From contig CM082592.2 of the NCBI GenBank assembly GCA_040954595.2, forward strand, positions 10,128,631-10,192,630: DNA of 64,000 bases, written 5' to 3'. Numbering within the stretch: position 1 is the stretch's first letter; each line of letters begins with the position of its first letter. Position numbers and translations under genes: made by a program. Shown in pieces: positions 41,231 through 55,525 of the stretch. Under the pieces are notes generated by a model that was not told where the DNA came from, ran no database searches, and was given only the letters and a program-made list of their open reading frames with translations. The DNA is from Balanoglossus misakiensis. Its lineage: Eukaryota > Animalia > Hemichordata.

Positions 41231-43879
41231 ATGGCAGAGGAAAAGGTAAGGATGAAAAGATATCTTGTCATACTTTTGGAAGAGATATTTGGATGCATTT
41301 TGTTTCGTGAATCTGAGAACATCGAAGTGTATTTTTCATTCATTCACCGGTAGATTTCAGCATGGGTTTACATGTATTGCTATTGCGAAATGTCGTTGTC
41401 GTGACGCAGTAGTCTTTTCCTTTCTTGGCTGTCATCGTGTCATTAATAGGTGACACGAAGACATCTTTTGAATTGATACATTGTCACTGTTTATATTTCT
41501 GTAAGTGGAAAACCCATTGGCAGGGGGTCACATACAGCCAGGGGCATGAGTACTTGTTGCTGCAGTTTGCAGCCCCTCCATCTCCCCTGGACGATTTTTG
41601 GTTTTGCGGGGAGAGGGCGGGGCTGCAGGTCCCAGCTATTCTAAACCGCATAACGAGCGACCGGGATTAGGGCCCGGAGCGAACTTCTACACTCCAGACG
41701 TCTCCAGTCCACAATTTTCCACAAATTTTTCGCCAAATCGGTCCCGGAACCCATTCAGCGCTTACCTGGCAAAGGATGTCGCGGTATTTGTCGATTTTGC
41801 CTACGTTTTCCCCAGTTATTCAACTTCGATCGTCAATGGGTTTCAAAACAGCCGCCATCTTGACTTGTATACTTGACCCATGAAATATACAAGTCAAGAT
41901 GGCGGCTGTTTTGAAACCCATTGACGATCGAAGTTGAATAACTGGGGAAAACGTAGGCAAAATCGACAAATACCGCGACATCCTTTGCCAGGTAAGCGCT
42001 GAATGGGTTCCGGGACCGATTTGGCGAAAAATTTGTGGAAAATTGTGGACTGGAGACGTCTGGAGTGTAGAAGTTCGCTCCGGGCCCTAATCCCGGTCGC
42101 TCGTTATGCGGTTTAGAATAGCTGGGACCTGCAGCCCCGCCCTCTCCCCGCAAAACCAAAAATCGTCCAGGGGAGATGGAGGGGCTGCAAACTGCAGCAA
42201 GAGTACTTGATAACCATCATATATGACCTAGTCAGTAAGTTGCACATTGTTAATTTTATGCTATGACATAATCAGACATAAGAAAATTAATAGAAAGTCA
42301 TGATGTTAAATAATTGAATTTTGTTTATGACACAGCGTGAAGAAATACCACCAAGCAGTCCAGATGTTCACTTCGAACCAGTTGTACGTCTTGATCCAGT
42401 TGAATTGAAAACCTTGGAAGAAGATGAGGAAGAAATTTTTACCATGTAAGAAACTAAGTGCATTTATTATTAAAACATTTTCCCAAATCATCCACTTGAT
42501 CTCTTTAATATGGGAGGAATTATGGTAACGAGATTTATAATAAGAACATGATAGTGAATTACTCCAGAAAACTGATTGCACATTGTCAACTTGAGACATG
42601 ATTGTTCATAATTGTTCATTTCTTCTTTTTTTTACAGGCGAGCCAAACTTTTCCGCTATGCAAATGAATTGCAGCCTCCAGAATGGAAAGAGCGTGGTAC
42701 AGGTGAACTGAAAATTTTACGGCATAAGAAGGATGGGAGAAAACTACGTGTGTTAATGAGGAGAGACAAGACACTCAAAATATGTGCTAATCATTATGGT
42801 GAGTAACCGGTAGTATGTTCTGAAAGTTTCTGTTCTGGGGTATTTATCCTGATCTCAGGGTGCCAACTAGTAATGTTGGATAATTTGTCCAATTGATTGT
42901 GTTGGGGAATAGTCTAACAGTCTGTCCTACGCAGTCTGATGTATCATATTATTTTATGCTTATTTTGCGTTGCCATGTTTTAGTGTATGTTGACCAAAAC
43001 CAATTTACTTTTCAGTCACATCAGCGATGGAGTTGGTACCAAACTGTGGAAGTGACAGAGCATGGGTGTGGAGTGTTCTAGCTGACTTTGCAGATGAAGA
43101 ACCCAAGGCAGAAACTCTAGCAATTAGATTTGCAAATGCAGAAAGTAAGGTTCACCAGTGATTTGTTATCATTGATAGATGTAGGCCCAGTCATATTGCG
43201 AGTCATATTACACTGTAAGAACTCTATAATTTGCAGGTTCTTTTTCACCATGATGATTTTGAGACGGGCGGACTTAAAGCCATCTGTACAAACGGCTATC
43301 AATAGTGTGGAATGTCTCATATCTGATTTTTTTCCCCTTTAAAACAAAGGAATTCAACATTAAAATTATCAGGAGAAAGTTGTGTATCTTCTATGAATGT
43401 TTTTTTTTCTGTTCTTAGATGCGCAGAAATTTAAAGCCAAATTTGAAGAATGCCAGCAGTCACTTTTGGAAAAGGGTAAGTATGATAAATTGTGGCCATA
43501 GACGTTTTTTGATCAGAGTTTGTATTCATGTAAGTTGTTGACCTTTGCACCCTGACCTCCTGGTGACCTTTACTTAGTTACTTGAATTCTTTCTTCATCT
43601 ACAGGAGAACTTGAGGCCAAAAAATCATCGAAGGAGGATGCGGAGGAGGTAGCTGAAAAATTAGGAGAAATGTCTGTTAAAGACGAAAAGAAAACGGAAG
43701 AAAAGACAACAGAAGAAAAGACAACAGAAGAAAAGAAAACGGAAGAAACGTCAGAAAAGAGTGAAGTCAAGAAAGAGGAAAAATCAGAGACAGAGGATAA
43801 AAAGGAAGAAGAACCTAAAGAAGAGAGCAAAGAAGAACCGAAAGCTAGCACAGAAGAGAAAAAAGAGGACACGTCATAG
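41231..43879 (+). CDS. RANBP1: Ran-specific GTPase-activating protein / Ran-binding protein 1
   Basis: MAEEK|[37 protein letters not shown]|RAKLFRY...[13 protein letters not shown]...[15 protein letters not shown]|..[38 protein letters not shown]|..[10 protein letters not shown], then an acidic KE-rich tail. TAG at 43879. Confidence 0.96.
41557..42200. mobile_element. 644-bp non-autonomous foldback DNA transposon (315-bp inverted arms, 14-bp spacer, 9-bp TSD)
   Basis: 41557-41871 is the reverse complement of 41886-42200, with spacer CTTGACCCATGAAA. The direct repeat GAGTACTTG flanks it at 41548-41556 and 42201-42209. Confidence 0.93.
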
Positions 43880-44709
43880 TATTTACATTGTCAATCACTC
43901 TTTACTATTCACATAAAATGAGAAAATGTATGGACTTTTTGACACACTTAAAAGAAGTGAATTAACCCATGTCTGTCCGTAATACCCCTTCGTTTTGTTC
44001 GTCTACCACCACCTACAGATGACTGTGGTGTGGTCCTCTGTAAATTTAGCCTGAATTTCCAAATATTGTCGGGGTTGGTCAACCAAGTTGTGGCTTTGGA
44101 CAGAATTGGAGAAATGCTCATGGCAGCCCCCTGTGTGGCCGGGGAGATGATCCAAGGACTTGAAAAAGAATAGAAAGCAGAAACGAGGCAGTTTAACAAC
44201 TCTAGATTATCTCTCTTCTTTCAATGACGAAAAATCCAGAATTTGACAATCTTATCACATTCATATGAAATTTTCATATGGAACACTGGTGTTTACTTCA
44301 GAAAGATTGTGTGATTTTCACATCAGAAGAAAAAACGTTATTACACAGCACCTGCAGATTTTTATCAGTCAGTGGAATGGAATTGTACGAATGTACGAGT
44401 AACAAGATCATGTGTTCTGCTTGTCTTGTCTGTCGCGATTGTCAAATTTCTCTGTAATATTAACTCTGGAAGAAATTGTCATGTGACAAATTAATTAGCT
44501 GTGTAAATGTCATTGTCTCATACAGTCAGCAAGTCTTTTAAGATTTATATCAACTTACAGACATTTGATTGTGAGCCAGTGTTCTTTCCGAGAGTTGGGA
44601 ACATTTTCTTGACTCAAAAGTGACAAATTTATCCATCAAAACTTAAATTTGATAAATAAGTGTGAGCTGTGGATTATCCAGTGTCCACTTCTATCTGATT
44701 CCTCTGTTA

Positions 44710-44797
44710 CCATTTCACCCCCTGTTCCTTCTTTAGAGGTCCAACCTTACCATAGAAAACAATGGGTTTGGACTGAACCATGGTGGTGAAAGGGGGG
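44710..44797. mobile_element. Short MITE-like element in RANBP1 3' region
   Basis: Ends are CCATTTCACCCC ... GGTGGTGAAAGGG. Its reverse complement aligns with 50256-50331 and 15946-16029. Confidence 0.6.
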
Positions 44798-45604
44798 TTG
44801 CTTTGCAAAGCACGTACACTTGCTCACTGTGTCTGCCTCCTTGGCAAATTCCGGGGTTAAAGATTTAGGATTTTTGTTGTCCAAACGTGTCTGTTCGCTG
44901 TAGAGTTAGCGTACCAGACTAGACATGCTGCTTTTACAGTGATAAGTTGTTCAAGTCTCATTGTCTGGTGGGATGTTTTGGGCAGGTTTTCTGATTTCGG
45001 GCTGCATTTAGCTAACATTTTAGGTTTTCTGCAACGAATTTACAACTGAGAAGAAGAAAATACACATCGTGCTTTTTCCCTCCTTTGGCATTTAGTGAAA
45101 TGACCACTGATAAATTATATTTGAAAAGCAGTGGAATTGTTAGTTTTGTTATTTTATATTTGGCGTCTTGTAAAATTGCCATTGTAATAAATTATATTTC
45201 AAAAAGTGAAAAAATAAAATTTTTGTTTTCCTTTTATGAGGAAGTGTTTTTATTTCACCATGTGTAATCAATATAAACAATAGAATTGGCTTTCGCTGAG
45301 ATTTGATGTTTGGGGGCGCTCTCCATGGTTCTTCTAGTAACTGGGTCTGCGAATGTGTTCATGAAGAGACTGCATTGGCTGAGTATCAAGGGTTCTCAGT
45401 GTTGGAGATTACTCAATTCATCACAAAGATAAAGGAGACCTCTTCATCCATATTTTTATTTCCTCCAAAGTACCAAAAAGACAAAAATAATGCTCCCTTT
45501 GTGCTCTTGCTTTAATAACCATAGATCTACGTAGGTATACCCAAATTTCACTTCACCCTAAATAGTGGCCAAATGTACCTACAAATAAAAAAACATTTTC
45601 ATCA

Positions 45605-47449
45605 TCAGAGTTCGTCTTTGCCATCTGATTTCATTCTGAAGGAATTCAAAATATTCAATCGCTCTTTAAACTGCTCCTTCTTTTCTGCTTTCACTTTCTT
45701 GTCTTGCAGTGTCTGCACGCGACTGACTTCGCTTTCAATGAAACCATCTCCTTTCTGCATAACCTTTTTCATTGTCTTCAGGTAAATCTCCACTCTGGCC
45801 TTCTTGTCTCCGGACAGTTGCTCCAATTCCTTCTCAACTTCTGAGATTACATTGTTTCTTTCCCCCTCGTCGTCGGTGCCCATGAACTTGACTGCCAGCT
45901 TGTCAAATTCCTCAATACAGCCTTGAAGACCGACCCAGAGTTGAGCATTGACCTTGACAAATGCCAATATGTCGTTGGCTTTGATTTCTCCTTCATAGTC
46001 CATTTCTTTTTCCTGTCCTTGGACAAACAACTTGTATTTCGGGAAATCAGATTCCGCCACGCCAAATCTTTCTGCCAGATCACTATTCTCTTTTTCTCCA
46101 TATTCTAGGAGGGAAATGTGAACATGATATTTACATCAAATTATACTATGTTGCATGATTGTAGAGATTTGAAATGCCAGTTATTGAAATGAAGTGATAT
46201 GGATGAAACAGCTGACACACATGACAACAGCTGTGACACAGACTTTAATATGAGCCTGGGTTTTGTGTGTATTCTCACAATGCAAACATGTTATCATTCC
46301 TAATGAAGGTTTTTATCAAAATTGATGGTACTGTGTTTTATTTTCTTCGCCCATTGAAGGTGCCTTCCTTTGTGTGATTAGTGATGTACAAATTTGTAAT
46401 ATAACTCACTTGAAACTCCAACTTCGGCAATGAGCAAGTCTGGCTGTGATGCCGCCATTCCAGCTAAATTTTTAAACTCATCCTGTTTCTCTCCATAAGG
46501 GTAACTTTCATCAAATTTCACCAATGCAGCTTTGTGTTTCCCAACAACCTGTCAGCAATAATAAAGAAAACACCATCACTTGGGGATAGAGGCTGTAATT
46601 GTAAAATGAGTAAGGTTAAAATAAGGACACTGTAAGGTAACTAATTAAAATTCTGCCATGTGGTTCTTTGGAATATGCATGAGCCAACTTATTTTCAGTG
46701 GAATTCATTAATACAAGTAGCAGGTAGGAAAGATTATAGCCTGCTAGTTTTTTTTACTGGTTATTGTCCCATATATAGTTGCAAATATTAGCTGGACAGA
46801 TGTATCGCAAAGTTGCCCCGAGATTATCCAATCAGGCAAGTCCACGTATGGCAGATTGTGCATGTGATGACCTGATATGGGAGTATACCGGTACGTTAAT
46901 GAGTCCCCCGGGGTCAGGGTGTGAGTACGACTACATTGTCTTCAGCTTAAAAATTGCAAATTTTGCTTTTACGTCACAACTGTCCGTATTCTGCAATTTT
47001 CATATTTACGAACAGATCTCAATGAAAATTCACGACCAATGTAATCTTCCTTTTTGAATGAAAGACACTTCCGGGTATATGCACGTGCCTATGTTGTCAT
47101 GGTGCGTAGCCAGCCAAGTCTGTAGATCACGGTCAAAAACTGCTGCAAAAGTGACGAAAACAAAGAATAATCGATCGTTCAAGATGGGATGAAGAGATTA
47201 ACAGGAAGATCACGTAGTAAGGACACGGATGCGATCCCCTCTGATCTGTTTCATTGTTTGGGGATGGAGAGGAAATCGGATCCCTACATCAAGAGATTCT
47301 GTGTTTCACCGACATGCAAGGCTAAGAGCCCAACTTACCTTATCGAAAGTTAGCGAATCGAGAGGCACGGCACCTTTTGTAGCCAAAGAAAATGCCTTCG
47401 CGAAAACGTAAAATATAATGAGACAAAACAAACCGACTCTGCACGCCAT
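45605..47449 (-). CDS. ERP29: Endoplasmic reticulum resident protein 29 (ERp29/Windbeutel family), canonical-like copy
   Basis: Three exons: signal peptide [21 protein letters not shown] + [13 protein letters not shown] | [25 protein letters not shown]...LLIAEVGVS | [16 protein letters not shown]...[13 protein letters not shown]...[10 protein letters not shown]...KDEL*. Confidence 0.93.
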
Positions 47450-47828
47450 GTTCATTCTCTTCTACAGCACTTCTGCTATACTGTACTGTGTCCACGTAAC
47501 GTTGTAATTTCTCTTCTGCGAGTGGGTGGTGGCGCTGTTCACTCAGGTCACAGCAAATGGCCCTTCGCCCCGCCCCTCCACACATTCACTCTCGCAAAAA
47601 TTCCAACTGTGACAAAATTGAAGGATGTTTTAAACACCACTTACATATGATTCTTTTTATTCGTTTCATTAAAATTTAACAGCGCAAAAACATCAAATCT
47701 CACAAATCAATGCAACAGATTAGATGCAGAAGAAGACGATTGCGAGTCAACCCAAATTCTCTCCTCCGCCAAAAATATTCTGTTTTAAACTACAAAAGAA
47801 CTAACATGAAAAATCCAAGTTTGGGGAA

Positions 47829-48926
<1,098 letters not shown>

Positions 48927-49738
48927 CCTACAAGTCACACCGGGCTAGCTACCAACAAAAAGTGGTGAAGAACTTCAGTACAAATGTATTTCCGAAAAGT
49001 GGTGAATCTGTTTAATGCACTCGGAGAATTGGGATAAAATGCTATAATTGGAAGGAGGGCCGTCCACCAACCAATGTACTGTCGCCACATTCATAAGTCA
49101 TTTTTTAAACGTTGGCCAGTGTAGTACGAACACGCATGTTTACAGTTTTTATTTTTATTTATATATTGGAGTAGGCTCCCTAGTCCGGTGAAGGTTTTCG
49201 CTGTTTGGTGAATATTCACTGTTCATCGATAAACTTTCACAGAATACTACGATTCCGAGTTTTTGATTTATTACATGTATGAATAGTATAACCCGTACTT
49301 GCACCCGATCGGGAATGCACACAGCTCATTGGTTTAGTATGGCTGTAGATTTGAACCAATCCCTGCAAGCGACACAAAATAGTTTTAGGAGATGTTTATT
49401 TAGAAACATAGACAACGATTGGTCAATATTTCCATCATGGCGGTTCCCCGTCAGGTGTGAAAACAAAAACGCTGATATTATTTTTTCAAAATATGGCCAA
49501 TGGAAAAATACTTTTCAAATCTGTCAGATTACCGGGCTATTTAGCTTTTCAACAATAGAACTAGGGAAGACATATCTACTTTAATTCAATTTGATGCGTG
49601 ATCGTCAACAGCGCTGGTGGGTTTTCGAGTTAGGCCAACGGAGGTCATCAATTCACCTGTACGACGCCTTGCCCTAACTTGTATGTCAACGGTGCCGGTG
49701 ACCGGTGATCTCTTGTCTACGGCCTTAAAATAAGCGAA

Positions 49739-52700
49739 ATGGCCACCGGTATAACACTGTGGGTTCGACCTGAGCCTTTTAACTTTGGGGCTCTTCAAAT
49801 TCCACCTCATCCGAAGCTTTCGATGCATGTAAGTAACGTAACGGCTAACAGTACAACAACCGCGGAATGAATGATGATGAGGTATGCCAATCGATGGACA
49901 CCTGGCACAACTGTAATATTGGATTGTGGGGGTCGACTATTAACACGATCACTCCACACATGCCAGAGCTAGCATCAATGTAAAATAAAGTAATAAACAC
50001 TTGCATTTTTACCCGAAATGACGACTCAAATCTAACTTTCTCTTAGCCGAAAATCTCTCATGAAAAATATGAGTAACCTCCAAATTCTGTCACCTTTCAG
50101 TACCTTAAGAAAGTTGCTGTTTATGCAAAGACCAAAAAGCAATCTGGATTCCCAAGAATGAGTTATTCAACATGGAAGTATATTGCATGCAATAAGATGG
50201 GTATGAAGGAAGAAGATGCCTGGTTGTAAGTCTACTCTATTACAACAATGCATGTCCCTTTCACCACTATGGTTTGGTCCAAATCCATTGTTTTCTCTGG
50301 TAAATTAGACCTCTACAAGAGGGGTTAAGGGACAGAGCTAGTATCTTTTTAATACCTGACCTTTTACAATTGGTTTGAGACAAACTGTTTTGGTTACGTA
50401 CTGTACATTGTCACTGGAGCTGTGTACATTTTGATCTTTCTGTCAGATACTTTGAAGGCTTTGATCTGTTGTGTGAGCATTCTGCTACAGAGAGATTGCA
50501 ACTAGCTGAAAAATTTACAGACTGTAGAACACAAGAAGAAACAGGTAATGTATGAAAATGAATAACTATGTGATTTTCAGATAATTCAGCTTGTGTTATA
50601 ACGAATATGTGGCAAGTTACTCTTGAAATGTTTGAGTTTTCCAAAATTACTGGCTCCAGATTAATGGCTGTTGGAAATCATTCCATGGTTGCATTTCTTT
50701 TTATGGGTATTTTAAAAATATGTCTCCTGTTAGAATGCACTTATTGTGAACATATTGTTGATATTTGGTGTCTTTTACATAAATGTAGTATCATTTGTAA
50801 TATCATTTACCTGTAGATAAATTGAGATAAGTTCTCTATTCATCATACCTCTTGTGTAACTTTCCATTTTTTGCAGAGAAAGTGAAAAGTCAGCTCTCTG
50901 TGAGCACATTTCAGTTCCTGCTGTATCTGTTTATACAACAAGTCTACAAAATATCACTCAGAGCATCATTGGTTGCCTCTGGTGAAGAGTATCCTTGTAA
51001 AAAAATGACCGCAAACAGACCCTCTGTGTGTACATGACAATTTCTTAGAGTTTACCACTGTTGGTGTGTATGTCACGTGTCATGCTCCTTAACAATCCTC
51101 TTCCCAGATGGCCAATGAGGGCCCGGTCACCTGACATTGAAGGCCGATCATCAGGTGTGGGTGCCAAGGTAAACTGGATGTTAGTTTGTGTTTGCAATCA
51201 GTTCATCGGTGTTTCTCATCAAGTGTCATTTCAAGCGGTTTAGCTGCAATGTTGTTCAATGAATTTAAGGTGGTTTTCTGTCTTTGATTTTCAGAGTTTG
51301 GATGAGAATGCACATTTGACATTTATGTTGAATAATTTGAATGATATTCTGCAGTTACTTGTAGAAACAGGTTTGTACCAAGGTTTTGTTTTTGTTGTGC
51401 TTTTCACGCTTATTTCTATAGCCATGGATACAAGAATTCATATACATGTATATACAAGGATTCCCATTCCACATGTGCTTCACCTACATGTAGTAGGCAG
51501 CCTGAGGAGTAAAAGTATAATTTTCTTGTGCTCACACAGATTCCTATGTAAGTGCCAATCATGATATGTTAATTAGTGTGGCTGCTGTTGAGGCTCTTGG
51601 ATTTGTAATCGCTGGATCCATTGACAGAACCAAGTAAGTACATGCAATTAAACCAGGTGGACAGGTGGTTTGTGTAAAATTCTTAAATTTGGGGAAATTT
51701 TGGAGCAATTTGTAGTGTGTACAACAAAACATTAAAATCTGTACACATAAGTATCCAGTATTGTGCCAAACAATTAAAACATTGTTGGCAGTTTTTATTG
51801 CTATTTGATGAATATAAAGCTTGACTCAACTGCACAACCATATTGCATTCATACTCATACAAAGATCTGGATATAGCAATGGATCAATAAAATGAGTGGG
51901 ACACTGTAATAAAGCAGATGATCATATGGTTAGTAGTTGTATGCCTCATGAGAATACTATCATGAGCTCTTCCTTTGTGAAAGATTATTTTAATACTTAA
52001 AATAATTAAAAAAATCAATAGAGAAAATGAGTTATCGCTGAAACAAGACTGTAAGGCTCTTTTTATTCTAGTCCTTGTATATTTATTTTCTTTCTCTGTT
52101 CACCGTCATCCAGGTCTCTCAAACAGCTAGTCGATATTGCTCTGATGCAACAGATACAATCAAAAAGCGGTTTCTCAAAAGTAAGTTTCCTAAAATAATA
52201 TTTAAAAATTGTTGCCAATGTCACCACAAGCTAGAATGCAGATGTGAAATGGGTAAATTGGACTAGTGAAAAATAAGAGAAACAACACATTTTAATCATA
52301 TTTCTTCGATTTCCCTCCACAGATATCACAGACATTTTCCTTCAGGACATTTGGGTCCTGGCTGAGGTCAAACCTGGGCAGTAACCCCTTTGGTTTGTCG
52401 GCCTGCATCACATCAGGGAGACGACTGTCCTGGCCCATGTCAGGTAAGAACCAAGCTCAGCCAATGAAAAACATCCATGTGGTTGAATTTAGATTTGTGT
52501 GGAATCATGGAGAAAGGCTTAGCTTTTCATCACTAGGCTAGGGATTCTATTTACGTACTGTATCTTGTGATACATTTTACATGTGATTGTATGTTGAGAA
52601 AAGAACTGAGAAGTGACTGAAATCAATGGTTTTTTATTGCTCACACTTCATAGGTGGTGATTCTGCTGACAGAGAAGACAGTGGAAGTAAAAGAGGCAGA

Positions 52701-54547
52701 ATAGCCACTAATGCTCAGTATGCCCCTCCCGGGTAAGTAACTGGCATCATGATAGTAGTAGTGTTCTAATGGTAGCACACAGTGAAAATCTGTTTCAAGT
52801 CGTGGTCTTACATACTTTAAGGTTTTACACAGTTTGACATGTCCATTTTCTGACAGAAGGAAACTGTTGCTGTTGCTATCTCTTTTAGATGTAAAATTGT
52901 GATAATCTCTCAAGTTTGCAAGCAGACTCTAGCAAAGGTAACTATCAAATGTCCATGACATTGCACCACTTCTCTTTCTAAAATCATGTTGATTAGTGGC
53001 ATTAGACAGAACTGATGCTCGAGGAATTAAACAGCTGATGTTGGACATTGTTTTCTGACAGAGTTCCAAGACACTTGAAGACGCTGCAGTCAAGATTCAC
53101 AGATGCCATTTTGCCTATATCTATCTTCTGTCACCTCTCAGGTAGGTCTTTAGCAAAATTGGAAAAATAATTCATACATACATACGCTGATTTACTCTGC
53201 AAAGCTTTATAAACTTCCCAAGTGTTCTACATCACTTGTCAGAACTGATGTACATGTTGTTTACGACAACTAACATGTCTGTTGCCATCTTCAGATCTGT
53301 GAGCATTGAGAAGTGTCGTCATTCTACGATTGTTCTTGGTGCTGTGCAGACTACAGTCCATGTCAATGCCTGCGAAGACTTGACTCTGATCACACCGTGC
53401 AGAAGAGTGTCTGTCAAGTAAGTGAATAAGCAAGACTTCATCAAATTTATTTACAGAAAGTATGAAAATAAGTTCTGAAAAAATAATTATTTCACTCCCC
53501 CCTCAGTGCGACTACAATATGTACACTTCACACTTTGACATCAACAAGACCACTGATACTTGGAGGCAATGACAGTGTAAGCTTGGCTCCGTATCATACA
53601 TTCTACCCAATGTTGGAAGAACACATGGCCAAAGCTGGGCTTGCTGCTACACCGAATTTGTGGGATCAACCATTATGTTTAGGTATGTTTGGGAACTCCT
53701 TATCTGTGGTTTGATTAATATTTGCCAGTATCTCTTTTGAAACTGTGGGTAGTTCCTGACATTATGCGTTTGATTTCAGGTCCTGATCACCAAGTTGGTG
53801 CACCTGTGTGGCAGCTGATGCCCATTAAAGAATTCTTCACATTTGTGATACCCTATGTCATGGAAGGACTCACAAGAGTGAGTATAAGAAAATTTGTTAT
53901 CTATTCTTAATAAAACAAATCCATCCAGTAAGTTCTTGCATGCATGCATCAGTACATCCATACGTACATACATATGCACATATACACACGTACTATACAT
54001 GTATATTGCATAAATGTTGCATACAGACATTTGCTTATTATGGGTTATTTTGGCTAGTGAGGAATTTTCCTAACTTTTTAAAATTATTATTACTTATTGC
54101 ATTATGAAGTTTATATCCATCTGCTGGGTGTACAGATTCACACTTGAGTGATGAAACACGTTTGTCATTTTCATGGTAGGATATACCTGGTGGGTTGCCT
54201 GCAAAATATGATAAAGCCTTGATTCAGAGAGAGCGGAGTATACAGACCTGGCAGAAGACGGTCAAAGAGGCTGGACTGTCCGTGGATCAGAGGAAGGAAT
54301 TCCAGTCTCTTGTGGAAGCCAAATTCCAGGTGACAATTATAGCATTTCTTGATGAAGACACATTTACCACAAGTGTAAGGCAAGTGAGGGTGATAAGAAG
54401 AGATAGAGACAGACACAGACTGACAGGCAAAATAATAATTATTTATCATATTTTCTCTTGTTCTTCCAGGCTTGGTTAGCAGAGAGTGGCCACAAGAGAG
54501 AGTTAGATGGACTTGTATCAACACCATCAACCAGCAAGCCGTCATGA
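49739..54547 (+). CDS. TBCCD1: TBCC domain-containing protein 1, multi-exon
   Basis: MATGITLWVRPEPFNFGALQIPPHPKLSMH|YLKKV...STWKYIAC, VSTFQFLLYLFIQQ, ASGEEWP, WLRSNLGSNPFG, VKIHRCHFAYIYLLSPLR|SVSIEKCRHSTIVLGAV, APYHTFYPMLEEHM, PNLWDQPL and IPGGLPAKY. TGA at 54545-54547. Confidence 0.93.
50256..50331. mobile_element. Short MITE-like element in TBCCD1 intron 2
   Basis: CCCTTTCACCACTATGGTTTGGTCCAAATCCATTGTTTTCTCTGGTAA...GGGGTTAAGGG; same family as 44710. Confidence 0.6.
50989..51107 (+). other. U12-type (minor spliceosome) GT-AG intron in TBCCD1
   Basis: The 5' site is GTATCCTT (50989-50996). The branch point TCCTTAAC (51086-51093) ends 14 nt before the exon start. Splicing GA|A restores G-E-E-W-P. 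Confidence 0.9.
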
Positions 54548-55525
54548 CAGCTACATCGCTCTAGAATAAAGTCGACTTTATTGTGATTGAGATGGCTGTG
54601 GCCATTTGTGTATTGAGATCAAGACGTGCAGTATGTAATGTCTCTAAAATACTAGGGGAGGGGAGGGGAGGTGTACTATAGTAATGTACTTAATAAATTG
54701 CTAATGCTGCTGATGAAAATTGTCTAGTTTTGTATAATGTATAGAAATCATTGCGTTTATGTACAAAATCAAATTTTCTGCATCGTTTGTGAATAAACTT
54801 TGTATTCTTGTGTTTATCACTGCAATTTAATCTTCATCAGATGTTTCTGATTGCTGTCTTGGATATGTTGCCAGACAATCCTTTGATGGATTTTTGTCAC
54901 CCCCGCCCCAACTTATGAAACAATGGCATAATTCTGCCATTGAAAATATCAAAGGCTGTTCCACTTAATAAAAAGAGGGGTGTGTGAGAATAATTGCAAG
55001 TTGTAATTCGATGTAGATTCACTTTTGTGTTTTCAAGATCACAAATTTCTTTCGCAATGTTTTGTAAATAATGAATTAATCTGATCATGTTTTTTATCAC
55101 CAGTTGCACTTTTCTCAAACCAAATCAAATCACTGTCTTATCACAATTTATTGTTAATTTCTTCTAATTTACACTGATTCATTTATTTACAGATACAAAA
55201 GATGTTTCTAATTCCTCTATGAACTTTCAAAGAGTACCGATAATAACATTTATGCTGTCTTTTATTTTAAGTTGTGTTGTCATATTTGTATGTTTTTGCA
55301 AGATTTTTAAAAATATATTTCATTGTAGCAAGAGTTCATCTTGATGATTAGGGCAGATCATTTGATGGAAAAATAAACTGGCTTCAGGACGAGAATTATT
55401 AGTTGTGTGTATGATGCAATAAACATTGGTTTCCTGCCAGTCAGGAACATAAAGATTACCAAAGTAGCCCTGTGTCACTTACTAAAATTTGCAAAGTCGA
55501 GAATTTGTCATGTTTGGACATTTTT

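Noticed and set aside
41761-41776. CTTACCTGGCA resembling the U1 snRNA 5' end
   Set aside because: Similarity stops after ~11 nt. It is simply the reverse complement of a splice-donor-like sequence in the foldback arm.
41598-42159. Two identical ORFs on opposite strands ([11 protein letters not shown]...)
   Set aside because: They result from the palindrome, start at non-ATG codons and show no transposase-like motifs.
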